A stretch of DNA of 15,237 nucleotides from Acidobacteriota bacterium (lineage in GTDB: Bacteria; Acidobacteriota; UBA6911; JACQSX01), in the NCBI GenBank assembly GCA_036507075.1, contig DASXQR010000120.1:1-15237 (forward strand), given 5' to 3'. Shown here one piece after another: positions 15,059 through 15,237 of the stretch. Numbering within the stretch: the first letter of the stretch is position 1; every line of letters starts with the position of its first letter. Below the pieces are notes generated by a model. It was not told where the DNA came from, did no database searches, and saw only the letters and a list, made by a program, of their open reading frames with translations. The translations under genes and the position numbers were made by a program.

Positions 15059-15237
15059 TGGTGTTAAGTCGCGTAATTCGTGGCCAGTGCACTGTAACAA
15101 CTGAATCGATAGTGCTGCATCCGAGCTCAGCCCTCCACCGGCCTTGTGCCGGTGGTGGCTAAGATTCTTCACTACAGTCGAACCCGTTCATCCTACCCCT
15201 CTTCGTCGTGCTGCACCTGCGCCGCTTTCTTGCGGGG

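Noticed and set aside
15193..15237. Possible 3' end of a minus-strand gene (PRKKAAQVQHDEEG*)
   Set aside because: Only 14 codons are visible; frame and identity cannot be supported.

Overview
Bacterial genomic window, possibly Acidobacteria-like (inferred from protein style only), with two parts. Left (1-~3000, visibly lower GC) is a decaying defence-type region: the 5' end of a type I restriction hsdR, an intact VapB45-like/DUF433 antitoxin followed by an internally deleted and frameshifted VapC45-like PIN toxin, a second frameshifted DUF433 gene, and an XRE regulator divergent from a pyrE-like PRTase. Right (3049-14425) is a ~10.8 kb co-directional minus-strand run. It encodes a bacterial ceramide-synthase-like GNAT, a class-III aminotransferase fused to an acyl-ACP-reductase-like domain, a FemAB/BioF2-like GNAT, an AUR1/IPC-synthase-like PAP2 membrane enzyme, a TPAT-type TRAP transporter (TatT, DctP, fused DctQM) and a Tat-like VOC protein, with a divergent ACP and an atypical receiver protein beyond. 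The best candidate for an undescribed system is this lipid cluster: it may make ceramide-like N-acyl long-chain amine lipids without serine palmitoyltransferase, coupled to a hydrophobic-ligand transporter. A ~250 bp nested palindrome (REPIN/MITE-like) sits inside the TRAP genes. All family assignments come from motif recognition by eye; no searches were run.
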